A DNA stretch of 64,000 bases, from positions 33,418-97,417 of IMG/VR virus record IMGVR_UViG_3300017992_000017; one strand, 5' to 3'. The notes below the pieces were generated by a model that saw only the letters and a program-made list of their open reading frames with translations, ran no database searches and was not told the origin of the DNA. Positions 1 through 9,777 of the stretch are shown here, in pieces. Source of the stretch: a virus. Lineage: Duplodnaviria > Heunggongvirae > Uroviricota > Caudoviricetes. Made by a program: the position numbers and the translations under genes. Numbering within the stretch: position 1 is the first letter of the stretch; every line of letters starts with the position of its first letter.

Positions 1-15
1 TTCTTCATCCAATGC

Positions 16-825
16 ATGGTGGAGCGATACGGCACCGGTCCGAACGCCATGCCGGGACTCAAACGACCCGTGTTGCTCTGGTGTGATGGGAACGAGTATG
101 ACCGGCGACCCTTCTTTCTTGGGAGTCCGGAAGACCATCTCCGTATGTGGCGTGCTTTCTCCTCGGGAGTACGTGCTGGCAATCCCGATGCGTTGGTGCT
201 GAGTAACGGGATTGCGGACGTACGGGATATCCGGAAGGGACGTTGCACCTCCCACGCGTCCGGGTTCTTTCGTGTGATTCTGGACCATCCGGAGTTGTAC
301 GACGTGTTTTGTCATCATGTCTACAGCTACGTGTTGCGTGATCCTGACCGTATTCGCGAGGACGCCAAGTTCATCCGGCAGGAGATGGCCAAACGCGAGT
401 ACACGAAACCGGTTGCCGTACTGGAGTGTTCTGGCGCTTATCTGGGTGACCTGGTTGCCGGGAAAGATCTTCGTAAGACGCTCCAGAATCCCCAGGACGA
501 CCAACACGCTAAAACATTGAAGTGGTATGACCAGGAGTTGGCGCGTGAGATCGTGGCGATTCACTGTCTCCTGTTTGCCAACGGGGTGTCCAGCGTGATG
601 CACTTCCCTTTTCGCGACATGGTGACCGGACCGTGGCAGGACAGCAGCTATGCCGTGTGTGGTCTCGTCAATCCAGGGGAGCCTCCGGTACGAAAACCCG
701 TGTTCGATGTCTACCGTGACTTTGTGGGGAAGGTTCGTGGGTTCTCATCGGCCAAGCAGGTAAGCGCCCGGTGCGTGGAGTTTGCGTTTGACGACGGCCG
801 AGGTCCTGTGTTTGTGTCGTGGTAA
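16..825 (+). CDS. hypothetical protein, possibly 5'-truncated by the window edge
   Basis: 269-codon ORF. The frame has no stop back to base 1. No family recognised by eye. Confidence 0.4.
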   Translation: MVERYGTGPNAMPGLKRPVLLWCDGNEYDRRPFFLGSPEDHLRMWRAFSSGVRAGNPDALVLSNGIADVRDIRKGRCTSHASGFFRVILDHPELYDVFCHHVYSYVLRDPDRIREDAKFIRQEMAKREYTKPVAVLECSGAYLGDLVAGKDLRKTLQNPQDDQHAKTLKWYDQELAREIVAIHCLLFANGVSSVMHFPFRDMVTGPWQDSSYAVCGLVNPGEPPVRKPVFDVYRDFVGKVRGFSSAKQVSARCVEFAFDDGRGPVFVSW

Positions 826-837
826 TGGGAGACCGAA

Positions 838-2124
838 ATGGCGGGTAAAGGCGACCGTACGAGACCCGAAGCAAAACCGGGTTCCTATCGAAGGGGGTGG
901 GAGCGGATCTACGGCAAGAAGAAGTCTGTGAAACGACGAGCGAAGGCAGGGGGCAAGCGTTCCCGACGTAAATCGCCCCGTGCGAAGACGTTTAGTGAGT
1001 TTTTTGCGGGAATCGGATTAGTACGCCTTGGCCTAGAGGAGTCCGGTTGGGAATGTGAATACGCCAACGACAACGACCCGAAAAAGGCGGAGCAGTACCA
1101 AGCTCAATTTGGAGATGAGGAGCATTTCCATTTGGGAGATGTGTGCGACACCGATGCCGTAGCAGCCAGGATGGCGAAAGGCACTTTTCTGGCAACCGCG
1201 TCTTTTCCGTGCATCGACTTGTCGCTTGCCGGTCACTGGCGAGGCTTGAAAGGGGAGCACTCGTCAGCTTTTTTTGGCTTTGCCAATGCAATGGACTTTC
1301 TCGGACGTAGCAGGCCCAAGTTAGTCATGCTTGAAAACGTGACTGGTCTCATTACTTCGCATGGCGGAAAGGACTTTGGCACGATTACTCAGGCTCTTGC
1401 GGAATTTGGCTACTGGCTCGATGCGTTTGTGATTGACGCACGATACTTCGTTCCCCAGAGCCGCCCCCGCATCTTTGTCGTTGGAGTGCATCGCTCGCTA
1501 GACGTTCCGTGGCCCAAGCAGTCAAAGCGATTTCTGCTGTCCGACCCCTGGCTACAGGCAATCGAGGCTGGCGGAGACATTCGCCCGGCCAAGCTGGTTC
1601 GACTAATGGAGAATACCGAACTGGCAACAGGCTGGCTGGCTACTCCGATTGAGACACCGCCGACAAGTCGGCCACCCCTTACAGAGATGATTGACTTGGA
1701 TGATAGACAGGAATGGTGGGACAAGCAGCAAGTCGATAAGCACTACAATATGATGAGCGACCTACACAGGACGCTTGTTGATGGCCTGTTGAAGCAAGAG
1801 GGGGTGCATGTAGGTACGGTCTACCGGCGGAAGCGCTACGGCAAGACGCGAGCGGAAGTCCGCTTTGACGGCATCGCAGGATGCCTACGAACACCGCGAG
1901 GCGGAAGCGCTCGCCAGATTGTGATTGTTGTGGACAATGGCACGCTCAAGTTTCGATGGATGAGCCCGCGTGAATACTCGCGGCTTCAAGGGGCTGGCGA
2001 CTATCCATTAGTCGGCAAACCGAATCAACAGATGTTCGGTTTCGGTGATGCGGTGTGCGTTCCAGTCATCGAGTGGGTAGACAAGCATGTGCTGACACCA
2101 GCTTTTGAACATGCGAACGCTTAG
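838..2124 (+). CDS. dcm: DNA (cytosine-5)-methyltransferase with a basic N-terminal extension
   Basis: C5-MTase motifs in order: FAGIGL (I), SFPCIDLS (IV, PC), MLENV (VI), QSRPRIF (VIII), GFGDAVCVPV (X). Lys/Arg-rich first ~50 aa. Confidence 0.9.
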   Translation: MAGKGDRTRPEAKPGSYRRGWERIYGKKKSVKRRAKAGGKRSRRKSPRAKTFSEFFAGIGLVRLGLEESGWECEYANDNDPKKAEQYQAQFGDEEHFHLGDVCDTDAVAARMAKGTFLATASFPCIDLSLAGHWRGLKGEHSSAFFGFANAMDFLGRSRPKLVMLENVTGLITSHGGKDFGTITQALAEFGYWLDAFVIDARYFVPQSRPRIFVVGVHRSLDVPWPKQSKRFLLSDPWLQAIEAGGDIRPAKLVRLMENTELATGWLATPIETPPTSRPPLTEMIDLDDRQEWWDKQQVDKHYNMMSDLHRTLVDGLLKQEGVHVGTVYRRKRYGKTRAEVRFDGIAGCLRTPRGGSARQIVIVVDNGTLKFRWMSPREYSRLQGAGDYPLVGKPNQQMFGFGDAVCVPVIEWVDKHVLTPAFEHANA

Positions 2125-2126
2125 GT

Positions 2127-2498
2127 ATGGCAGACACGCTCACGCCCGCACAACGAAGCAAGCAAATGGCTCTTGTTCGGGACCGAGACACACAGCCCGA
2201 ACTGGTTGTAAGACGGTTCGTACACAGAAACGGCTACCGCTTCAGACTCCACGTTCGCACGTTGCCCGGTTGTCCTGACTTGGTTCTGCCCCGCCATCGA
2301 AAGATAATCTTTGTTCACGGTTGTTTCTGGCATCAGCACAACTGTAAACGTGGGGGTCGCACGCCAAAATCGAACACCGACTACTGGAAAGGCAAGCTAG
2401 AGCGGAATCGCAAGCGTGACGCAAAACATCGACGGGCACTCAGACAACTCGGCTGGAGGAGGCTGAGGCTGATCGGATGCGAGGTAACTGTAAGATGA
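2127..2498 (+). CDS. vsr: very-short-patch repair endonuclease (Vsr)
   Basis: TQPELVVRR...GYRFR...PDLVLPRHRKIIFVHGCFWHQH core. Starts 3 nt after the dcm stop. Confidence 0.85.
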   Translation: MADTLTPAQRSKQMALVRDRDTQPELVVRRFVHRNGYRFRLHVRTLPGCPDLVLPRHRKIIFVHGCFWHQHNCKRGGRTPKSNTDYWKGKLERNRKRDAKHRRALRQLGWRRLRLIGCEVTVR

Positions 2499-2845
2499 TG
2501 GCAGAGGGCTGTCAGTGCGGCTTGTGCAAGCGGGAACGCGAGATCGAGCGACTGCGGTCTCAACTTGACACCGTAACCCGCCCGGTGCCGAACATGGCGG
2601 ATTACGAGCGGATGCGGGCGAAAGCTGCCTTGTATGACGCGGTCGATTACGCCTGCGAACATCTGCCAGAAGGCACTCACATCGAAATAGGCTTAGAAGG
2701 TGGTGCGGGCTGGCTGGGGTTGCACGGTGAGGGCAATCGACTAGGTGCGGGACCGGTGGACGGTGATGAGTCGCTTGCTGATGGCATCCGGCGGCTGGTT
2801 TCCGAAGCCCGCGAGGCCGCAGAGGAGGACGCGTGTGATGACTGA
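2495..2845 (+). CDS. hypothetical protein
   Basis: ATG overlaps the vsr stop (ATGA). CQCGLC near the N-terminus. An alternative start at 2477 is on the ORF track. Confidence 0.45.
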   Translation: MMAEGCQCGLCKREREIERLRSQLDTVTRPVPNMADYERMRAKAALYDAVDYACEHLPEGTHIEIGLEGGAGWLGLHGEGNRLGAGPVDGDESLADGIRRLVSEAREAAEEDACDD

Positions 2846-3071
2846 CCAGGAACCACACGTGAAGATCGAAAAGCCGCACTTGGCCGAGTGTGCTTCTAAG
2901 ATCGTCGAGCAACTTATGTATCTCGACGACGAAGAAGTCAAGCTCATCCTGGACTTTGTGCTGAGGGTGCTAGACACACAGTTATACGTCGGCAACGTAC
3001 TTCAAGTGAGGAACTGTGTAGCCTACGACATCGAGCTGGACACCGAGGACGTAGTGGGAGATAACGAATGA
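2838..3071 (+). CDS. hypothetical acidic protein
   Basis: ATG at 2838 overlaps the upstream stop. The longer track ORF from 2745 would overlap the previous gene. Confidence 0.4.
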   Translation: MTDQEPHVKIEKPHLAECASKIVEQLMYLDDEEVKLILDFVLRVLDTQLYVGNVLQVRNCVAYDIELDTEDVVGDNE

Positions 3072-4102
3072 CCCGTGTTCTCAAGAAACAACTCGTCGAA
3101 TCGCTGTCTCGGTGCCGTGCTGCGATATCGAGTAAGCCAACGGCCGAGATCCTCAAGAACTTCTGTTTTCGGGGTGCGACCGTCTCAGCGTTCGACGGGG
3201 AGTTGGGGGTCGTGACGGGTTGGCCTTTGCTCCAAGACTTCTGCGTCCCGGCAGCTCGTTTCTTCCGGGTCGTGGATGGTCTTGGCGAGGACCCCGATCT
3301 GGAGGTGAAGGACGACAAGCTCTTCATCACGGCCGGAGGCTACAGGACCCAGATCGCCACGTCCTCCAACGCGTCCTACCCGGAACTGATCCCCCAAGAT
3401 CTCAAGCCATTTCTCCCCGAGTCGGCAGAGGGGGTGATGGCTGCTGCGGCTCAGACGATCTTCTCATCCGACCACAAGGGAGAGGAGAAGTTCGCTGGGG
3501 TGGGGTTTCGGGGAAATTACGTCTATTCCACGGACGGGGATCGACTGACGCGTGTCCCGATCTCCCACGAGGTGTCCGAAGAGACGGTCGTGCCGGGGAA
3601 GGCCGTACGACAGATGGCACGGTTTGGAGAGCCGACTGAGTTTTCGATCTCCAAGGGTGCGATGGTGACATTTTTTGTGGAGACCAAGACGGCCGTGATC
3701 GCTCCTCTCCTGGCTCAGCGGTTTCCGTTTCAGCACATCGACGACCTGCTCTTTCGTCGTGTGGCGCCGGAGCTGGGTGTCGAGATACCGGCCGGGTTTC
3801 TGGCTGCGATTACCCGGGTACGTAATCTGGCACCCGGGAGGGAGGGATCGCAGCTGGTCCTGGAGAATACCGAGGCCGGGTTGCGTGTGGCGTCGAGCGT
3901 GTCCGAGGTGGGAGAGTCCGAGGAGATCCTACCCTGGGATTTCAAACCGTCTTTTCGACTGACGATCCGTGCGAACTATCTGGCTGATGCCGTGAAGCGA
4001 TCGGACCGGATGAACTTCTCGGACGTGATTTCGGGGAAGGGAACGATGCTACGGTTTGAGGGTGAGGATGGTTTTCGGCATCTCGTGGCACTCATGGCAT
4101 AG
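3068..4102 (+). CDS. DNA polymerase sliding clamp (beta-clamp-like)
   Basis: 344 aa. N-terminal PTAEILKNFCFRG..VSAFDGELG resembles the beta-clamp domain I pattern (PIL..v.l......l.atD.e). ATGA coupling. Lies directly upstream of the polymerase. Confidence 0.5.
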   Translation: MTRVLKKQLVESLSRCRAAISSKPTAEILKNFCFRGATVSAFDGELGVVTGWPLLQDFCVPAARFFRVVDGLGEDPDLEVKDDKLFITAGGYRTQIATSSNASYPELIPQDLKPFLPESAEGVMAAAAQTIFSSDHKGEEKFAGVGFRGNYVYSTDGDRLTRVPISHEVSEETVVPGKAVRQMARFGEPTEFSISKGAMVTFFVETKTAVIAPLLAQRFPFQHIDDLLFRRVAPELGVEIPAGFLAAITRVRNLAPGREGSQLVLENTEAGLRVASSVSEVGESEEILPWDFKPSFRLTIRANYLADAVKRSDRMNFSDVISGKGTMLRFEGEDGFRHLVALMA

Positions 4103-4111
4103 GAGATACTG

Positions 4112-6562
4112 TTGCCACAGCTGAGTCTCCTCCACGTAGTCGGGAAAGAAGTCAAGTCGAACATGCGTTGTTCGGCGTGTCCTCTCTGCGAAGATACCCG
4201 GCTCAAAAGCAACAAGATGGACGGTGCCGGATCCTCTGTGCCGACCTACCTGTTTGCCGGGTTTGCGCCGGGTTGGGAGGACGACAAGATAGGTCTTCCC
4301 ATGACCGGGGAGAACGGACGTCTCTTCAAGCAGCTTCTCAAAGAGGCCGGGTATCATCCTGGGGAATACTACATCACCAACTGCTTGAAGTGCTCCACGT
4401 TCGGCCGTGATCCACACAAGCGATGGTGGGACGCGTGCCAGGATTGGATGCGCCAGGAGATCACGAACCTGGCACCCAAGGTCGTCGTGGCCATGGGAGC
4501 CAAGGCACTCGGGATGCTGACCGACCAGAAGGGACTCGGCAAGCTACGTCGGAGAGGACTCCCGTGTGTGATCTCCCCGGGTACGTTGGTATTTCCCGTA
4601 AGACAACCGATGGCGATCAAGCACGCAGAGGGACAGGAGCGTGCGGCATTACGGCAGGAGGTGATCGACGACCTGAAGTGGATCCGGGAGGAAACGCAGG
4701 CAGGTCGAATCTACCGCGCCGGGGATATCGAGACCGACTACCAGCAAGCGAGGACACCTGAAGATGTCGACCGATTCTTCGACGAAATACGGGACGCCAG
4801 TTATATCGCCGTCGATCTTGAGACTACTGCGTTGTTTCCAGATCCAGGTGAGCATGTGGTGGCAGTCGGGTTTTCGACCAGAGCAGGGATGGGTCGTGCA
4901 ATACCGCTCTATGCCAAAGGACTCACCACCCCCACCTACTGGCCAGACGGGTACGTAGAGGAGCTCGTCCTACGGTTTCGGGAGCTCTTTAAGACCAAGC
5001 ACGTCTTTGGCCACAACTTCCTCTCGTTCGATCAGAAGTTCGTCAGACACGAGTTCGGAGTCGACCGGTGCAAGATCGACTTCGACACGATGCTTGCACA
5101 TTACATCCTCAACGAAGAGCCGGGTACGCATGGGTTGGAGAAGGTGGCGCTACTGTTCACGACTATGCCACCGTGGAAAGAGGATGTGGTCAGCATTATC
5201 GACGACACGGACCGGCTGTCACAATATCTCTGCCGGGATGTGGATGCGACGTGGAGGATACGGGAGGCGATCGAACCGCAGCTAACCCCACAGTGGCGTT
5301 GGTTGTTAGACGAGCTCCTAATCCCCGTGTCCTACGAGTTGTGCGATACAGAGTGGCGTGGTGTGTCCGTATCCAGGGAGAAGCTTCAGGAGCTGGACGG
5401 ATACCTGACGCGGCGGATCCAGGAGGAGGAGACCAGTCTACGAGCGTCCGATGCGGTCCGTCGTATGGAGCTGGCCGACAATCTGGAATTTAACCCGGCC
5501 AGTCCCGATCAACTCCGGAGACTAATGAAGGACTTTCTCCGATTACCCACGGTCAAGAAGACCAAGACCGGACTCTACTCGACCGACGCGGAGGTTCTCT
5601 CGGCGCATAAGGACACGGCTGAGATAAGGCACATCCAGCAGCTACGTGGCCTGACGAAGCTACATGGGACTTACTGTACGGGACTGGAGGAGAAGATCCG
5701 GAGTGACGGCCGGGTTCACACCTCGTATCTCATCCATCGTACCGTAACTGGACGATTGGCATCCCGAGATCCGAACCTGCAGAACATCCCGAGACCAGAT
5801 ACGGCAGGGAAGGTCTTGGAGGACGGTGCTGCGATCAAAAACGTCTTCTCGGCATCTTCTGGTTGCGTGCTTATGGAGGCCGACTACAGCCAGATCGAGC
5901 TCCGGGTCCTAGCTTGCCTGTCCCACGACCCAAACATGCTGGAGACGTACCGGGTCGGGGGTGACATTCATACAGCCACAGCAGCTGTCGTCAATGGGAT
6001 CCCGGACGACCAGGTTACCAAGGCCATGCGATCCAATGCCAAGACGATCAACTTTGGTGTGGCGTATGGGATGAGTGAGGAGACGTTGATCCACCGTTTC
6101 CAGGAGGCCGGATCCACAGAGCAGGAAGCGAACCATTTTCTGCGGATGCATAAGGAGAGCTTCCCCCTCGTCTGGAAGTTCATGGATGACCAGGAGCGGA
6201 TCGTCAGGCGCCAACGATACCAGGACAATCCATTTGGAAGACGTCGTCGGTACAGTGAGATCGATGCGAGAGCTACCAGGCAGGCGTACAACTACCTGAT
6301 TCAAAGCACAGCCTCCGACGTGACGCTCCTGGCTCTGGTGAGGTGTTGTCGAGTACTCCGCGGGTTGGGTATGGGTGCCGAGCTGGTTCTCACGGTGCAC
6401 GATTCTCTAATTTTTGACGTGCCGGAATCAGAGCTGGAAGAGACTGCACACATCGTACGTAAGGTCATGGAGAGCTTTGAGTTTACGTGGCTCACCGTTC
6501 CCCTGGTTGCGGACGTTGAGGTGGGACAAACCTGGGGAAATCTGAAAAAATTCCAAGTTTAG
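4112..6562 (+). CDS. polA: family A DNA polymerase with an N-terminal family-4 UDG-like domain and a 3'-5' exonuclease domain
   Basis: UDG4-like: CSACPLC, GFAPGWEDDKIGLPMTGENGRLF, YITNCLKC. Exo I: VDLETT. Pol motif A DYSQIELRV, motif B RSNAKTINFGVAYGMS, motif C LTVHDS. Start uncertain (TTG 4112 or ATG 4163). Confidence 0.9.
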   Translation: MPQLSLLHVVGKEVKSNMRCSACPLCEDTRLKSNKMDGAGSSVPTYLFAGFAPGWEDDKIGLPMTGENGRLFKQLLKEAGYHPGEYYITNCLKCSTFGRDPHKRWWDACQDWMRQEITNLAPKVVVAMGAKALGMLTDQKGLGKLRRRGLPCVISPGTLVFPVRQPMAIKHAEGQERAALRQEVIDDLKWIREETQAGRIYRAGDIETDYQQARTPEDVDRFFDEIRDASYIAVDLETTALFPDPGEHVVAVGFSTRAGMGRAIPLYAKGLTTPTYWPDGYVEELVLRFRELFKTKHVFGHNFLSFDQKFVRHEFGVDRCKIDFDTMLAHYILNEEPGTHGLEKVALLFTTMPPWKEDVVSIIDDTDRLSQYLCRDVDATWRIREAIEPQLTPQWRWLLDELLIPVSYELCDTEWRGVSVSREKLQELDGYLTRRIQEEETSLRASDAVRRMELADNLEFNPASPDQLRRLMKDFLRLPTVKKTKTGLYSTDAEVLSAHKDTAEIRHIQQLRGLTKLHGTYCTGLEEKIRSDGRVHTSYLIHRTVTGRLASRDPNLQNIPRPDTAGKVLEDGAAIKNVFSASSGCVLMEADYSQIELRVLACLSHDPNMLETYRVGGDIHTATAAVVNGIPDDQVTKAMRSNAKTINFGVAYGMSEETLIHRFQEAGSTEQEANHFLRMHKESFPLVWKFMDDQERIVRRQRYQDNPFGRRRRYSEIDARATRQAYNYLIQSTASDVTLLALVRCCRVLRGLGMGAELVLTVHDSLIFDVPESELEETAHIVRKVMESFEFTWLTVPLVADVEVGQTWGNLKKFQV

Positions 6563-6571
6563 GAACGGAAA

Positions 6572-6856
6572 ATGGAAACTTCGGCATATATTATACCTGG
6601 AGGGGATAGCTGGTATAGTTTGCAGGAGGTTATCAAGCTGTGGGACGATGGCTGTGTCAACGCTGCGAGACAGAAGTGGTCGTGTCTGGCAGAGGAGTTT
6701 CGCCTGGCCGTGCTCAAGTTCGCCGTAGCTATTCTGCAAGATCCCGAGAGTGTAGCCAGTTGTCCTCACGTTCACATGGAGTCACTGTGGGGGGAGTTTG
6801 ATCTATCACCTGACCGGCTGAACGCGTTGGGTCGTGTCGTGCCGGAGCTTAACTGA
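6572..6856 (+). CDS. hypothetical protein
   Basis: 94-codon ORF with an AGGAAC-type SD upstream. Confidence 0.45.
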   Translation: METSAYIIPGGDSWYSLQEVIKLWDDGCVNAARQKWSCLAEEFRLAVLKFAVAILQDPESVASCPHVHMESLWGEFDLSPDRLNALGRVVPELN

Positions 6857-6867
6857 GAGGGTAAGAG

Positions 6868-7407
6868 ATGGGAAAGTCGTTGAGAGAACGCTACGCACTA
6901 CTGATTCAAGACGAGGAAGAGTTCGTCAAGGCTGCGAGAGAGGCCACGGAGATCGACACGGACAATCTGATCGACTCCTTGGCTGCACATGCGTCGGAGT
7001 GTGTGGTCTGGGGGTTGATGGCGGCGTGGTCCGAGTTTGATTACGAATCCCAGAAGAGCCTGTTGGAGCGGCTCAAGATGGACCGGCGATTCGCGCTCCG
7101 AGCACTGCACACCCGGAACAAGGAGAAGTTCACCGAGGCCAAGCTGGACGAAGAGGTGGTGCTGACGGAAGACTACCAGACGGCCTTGGGTACGACGACG
7201 ATGCTGCTGTCGATCTACCACGCGTTCAAGGCTGTCGAGAAGGCGCTCGCGTCCAAGACCAAGATGCTTGAGGCAGCAAGCTTCCGACAGGGACGTGAGC
7301 TTGGGATGTATTCTGAGGATCAGGAGACTGTACAAGCCAGGAGGCAGGTGCAGGAGGCCGAGATGGATGCTTTGCGATCGCAGGCGGAGGCGGCTCTACG
7401 GGGTTGA
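6868..7407 (+). CDS. hypothetical protein, helix-rich by composition
   Basis: 179-codon ORF with a GAGGG SD 8 nt upstream. Confidence 0.5.
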   Translation: MGKSLRERYALLIQDEEEFVKAAREATEIDTDNLIDSLAAHASECVVWGLMAAWSEFDYESQKSLLERLKMDRRFALRALHTRNKEKFTEAKLDEEVVLTEDYQTALGTTTMLLSIYHAFKAVEKALASKTKMLEAASFRQGRELGMYSEDQETVQARRQVQEAEMDALRSQAEAALRG

Positions 7408-7459
7408 AGTTCGGGGAATGCCCCAAACATAATCGAAGGCTAGTTTAGTGAGGTACGTG

Positions 7460-8659
7460 ATGAGTGATTCGTTGGCTGAGTATGCCAAGAAGCGTGGTGA
7501 GGAGCTGGACAAGGAACAGGGGGAATTTGCCAAGGCGACCTTCTGGAAGCCAAAGGAGGGACGCAACCTGATTCGTATTCTTCCGGCTGCGGGTGAGGGG
7601 AAGTTTCCGTTCGTCGAGTTCATGCAGTCCTTCAAGGTCGGTCCCAACCAGAAGGCCGTCGTTCCTCGGGGGGCCAACGGACTGGAGGACTGTCCTCTCG
7701 CCAGGAAGATTGCGGAGCTGGAGGAGAAGGGGGACGAGATCTCCCTCAAGGAAGCCGCGAGGATTCGTCCCAAGAAGCGTGCGTCCTTTGCGATCATTGA
7801 CAGGGACGATGAGGCTGCTGGGGTGCAGATCTGGTCGTGTTCAAGCACGGCGTTTCGTGGGTTTCTCACCCTCGCGGCCGACCCGTCCTACCGGGGTCTT
7901 ACGGATGTGCATCCCAACCCCGACGATCACGGCCGAACCGGGGGTAGGAATCTGATCGTCAACTACACTCCCGGGAGCAAGACGGTGAACGGTTTTGCCG
8001 TCACCACGGTCACGGGTGAGGGAGCAACGACTCCGTTGGGAAGCGAGGAGCAGATTGCCGAGTGGACGGCCAAGGATTGGCTTGCCGAGTATCGTATCGG
8101 TGAGCCATACGAGGCAGGAGCCATTGCTGCGATTCTGGCAGGTACTGAAGAGCAGTACTGGGCCGAAAAGAAGGCTGCCAGGGAGGCAGCACGCGCGCCA
8201 GCATCCAGCGAGCCACCCACTTCGGCAGCTCCTCCGGCTTCCATGGCTCCTCCCGCGTCGATGACACCACCGGCTCCTATGACTCCTCCGGGAGCACCTA
8301 CGGTCTCGCTCCCGGAAGGTTACCAGGAGGTCACGGCGATCTGGTTGCTCGACGGGAATCAACCGCGTGCATCCACTGCCGGTGAGGTCTGCTCGCTGGT
8401 GGCTGCCGGGGAGGACCCCACGGTGCAGACCCGGGATCAGTCGTCGGGTTGGGTGAAGGCGTCCGCACTTGGATTCGTTGCTGCGGCTCCGGAAGGTCCT
8501 CCACCCCCTCCGGAATCTGACACACCGCCTCCACCTCCTGCACTTCCGAGTGAGGAGTCGGCGATCAAGGAGCAGTTGGACGCTCTCAAGGCTCAACGTG
8601 AAGTTCAGTCTTCTCGGGTGTCGCAGGATCTCGCGGCCAAGATCCAAGGAGGTGTTTAG
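7460..8659 (+). CDS. gp32-like ssDNA-binding protein with Pro-rich linkers and a GYF-like C-terminal segment
   Basis: FWKPKEGRNLIRILP...CPLARK...RASFAIIDRD parallels the T4 gp32 OB-core pattern (G..vIRfLP, C..CP.C). Pro-rich tracts from about residue 245. ATG 7460 preferred over GTG 7448. Confidence 0.5.
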   Translation: MSDSLAEYAKKRGEELDKEQGEFAKATFWKPKEGRNLIRILPAAGEGKFPFVEFMQSFKVGPNQKAVVPRGANGLEDCPLARKIAELEEKGDEISLKEAARIRPKKRASFAIIDRDDEAAGVQIWSCSSTAFRGFLTLAADPSYRGLTDVHPNPDDHGRTGGRNLIVNYTPGSKTVNGFAVTTVTGEGATTPLGSEEQIAEWTAKDWLAEYRIGEPYEAGAIAAILAGTEEQYWAEKKAAREAARAPASSEPPTSAAPPASMAPPASMTPPAPMTPPGAPTVSLPEGYQEVTAIWLLDGNQPRASTAGEVCSLVAAGEDPTVQTRDQSSGWVKASALGFVAAAPEGPPPPPESDTPPPPPALPSEESAIKEQLDALKAQREVQSSRVSQDLAAKIQGGV

Positions 8660-9777
8660 TGGCCGACTTGCGCAAAGAGCTGGACAAGGCTTTCGGCGCC
8701 AAGTTTCGTGGTGCCAAGTTCGACAGTGGTGAAGGACGGTACGTGGAGGTGATCCCAACCGGCCTTGCTCCTGTCGACTCGGCACTCGGGGGTGGTGTCG
8801 GCAAGGGACGGATCTCGGAGTGGTTTGGTAACGAGTCCACCGGCAAGACAATGCTTCTGTTGCAGTTGCTGGCCAATGTGCAGCAGCGTGGTGGACTTGC
8901 TGTGCTTGGTGATACGGAGGGTGCATTCGACTCCTGGATGTTTGAGCAGCTGGATGGGAATCCGGAGACGCTGATCCTGATCCCCGAGGAGCGGTGCGAC
9001 ACGATCGAGGCCATGTTCGACTTCCAGAAATGGTTCCTGGATGAGATGGCCAAACGGAAAGCGGACGGGGATGAGACGGAAGCTGTCCTCGGCTGGGACT
9101 CGACGGCCGGTACAGCGTCACGGCATTTGATGAAGACGGGGATGGACAAGGCCGACATGTCCGTTCCGCGTGCTATGTCTCAAGGAATGAAGCTGGTGCA
9201 GGGACGCGTCAAGCGGACGAACGTGGCACTGGTATACATCAACCAGGTCAGGGAGAAGATGGATTCGCAGGACTCTTCTCTCCATACCCCGGGTGGACGT
9301 GCGGTAAAGTTCCACGCGTCCACCCGGCTCTCCCTCAAGTTTGACGGTGGATCCAGGACGAGCCAGATCAAGGACGCGTGGGGGAAGAGTAAGGACGAGG
9401 CCAAGCATGCTGAGGATATTGGCCGGTGGACAGAGGGACGCGTCGTCAAGAACCGGTTGACCTCTCCTCAGCAGACCTTCCGACTCCCGATCTACACGGT
9501 GAACGATTGGGAGCATCCGGTCTGGGGTACGCCAACCCAAGTCGGAATCGATCCGGTCGAGGCGATCTGGGACTACTACCTCAATGGTCGTTTCTTCGCG
9601 CCGGGGTTTGAGGAGAAGAAGGAGCGGGTCATCAAGCAGTCCGGGTCGTGGTATCAGGTCCATGAGTCGCTGCACCCGGACGGCAAGAAGTTCCACGCCA
9701 AGGACTGGCCACGGATTTTGGAAGAGGTGCCACGGCTACGGACGTTGATCTACGAGGAAGAGGAGGAGACGGAGTGA
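8659..9777 (+). CDS. RecA-family recombinase
   Basis: PTGLAPVDSALGGGVGKGRISEWFGNESTGKT (Walker A) aligns by eye with the RecA N-terminal core. GTG start overlaps the upstream stop. Confidence 0.8.
   Translation: MADLRKELDKAFGAKFRGAKFDSGEGRYVEVIPTGLAPVDSALGGGVGKGRISEWFGNESTGKTMLLLQLLANVQQRGGLAVLGDTEGAFDSWMFEQLDGNPETLILIPEERCDTIEAMFDFQKWFLDEMAKRKADGDETEAVLGWDSTAGTASRHLMKTGMDKADMSVPRAMSQGMKLVQGRVKRTNVALVYINQVREKMDSQDSSLHTPGGRAVKFHASTRLSLKFDGGSRTSQIKDAWGKSKDEAKHAEDIGRWTEGRVVKNRLTSPQQTFRLPIYTVNDWEHPVWGTPTQVGIDPVEAIWDYYLNGRFFAPGFEEKKERVIKQSGSWYQVHESLHPDGKKFHAKDWPRILEEVPRLRTLIYEEEEETE

Noticed and set aside
7841-9121. 426-codon minus-strand ORF
   Set aside because: It is antisense to the SSB and RecA-like genes, which have clear motifs. 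Its Arg/Ser/Pro/Trp-rich composition is typical of an open antisense frame in GC-rich coding DNA, and it has no SD.
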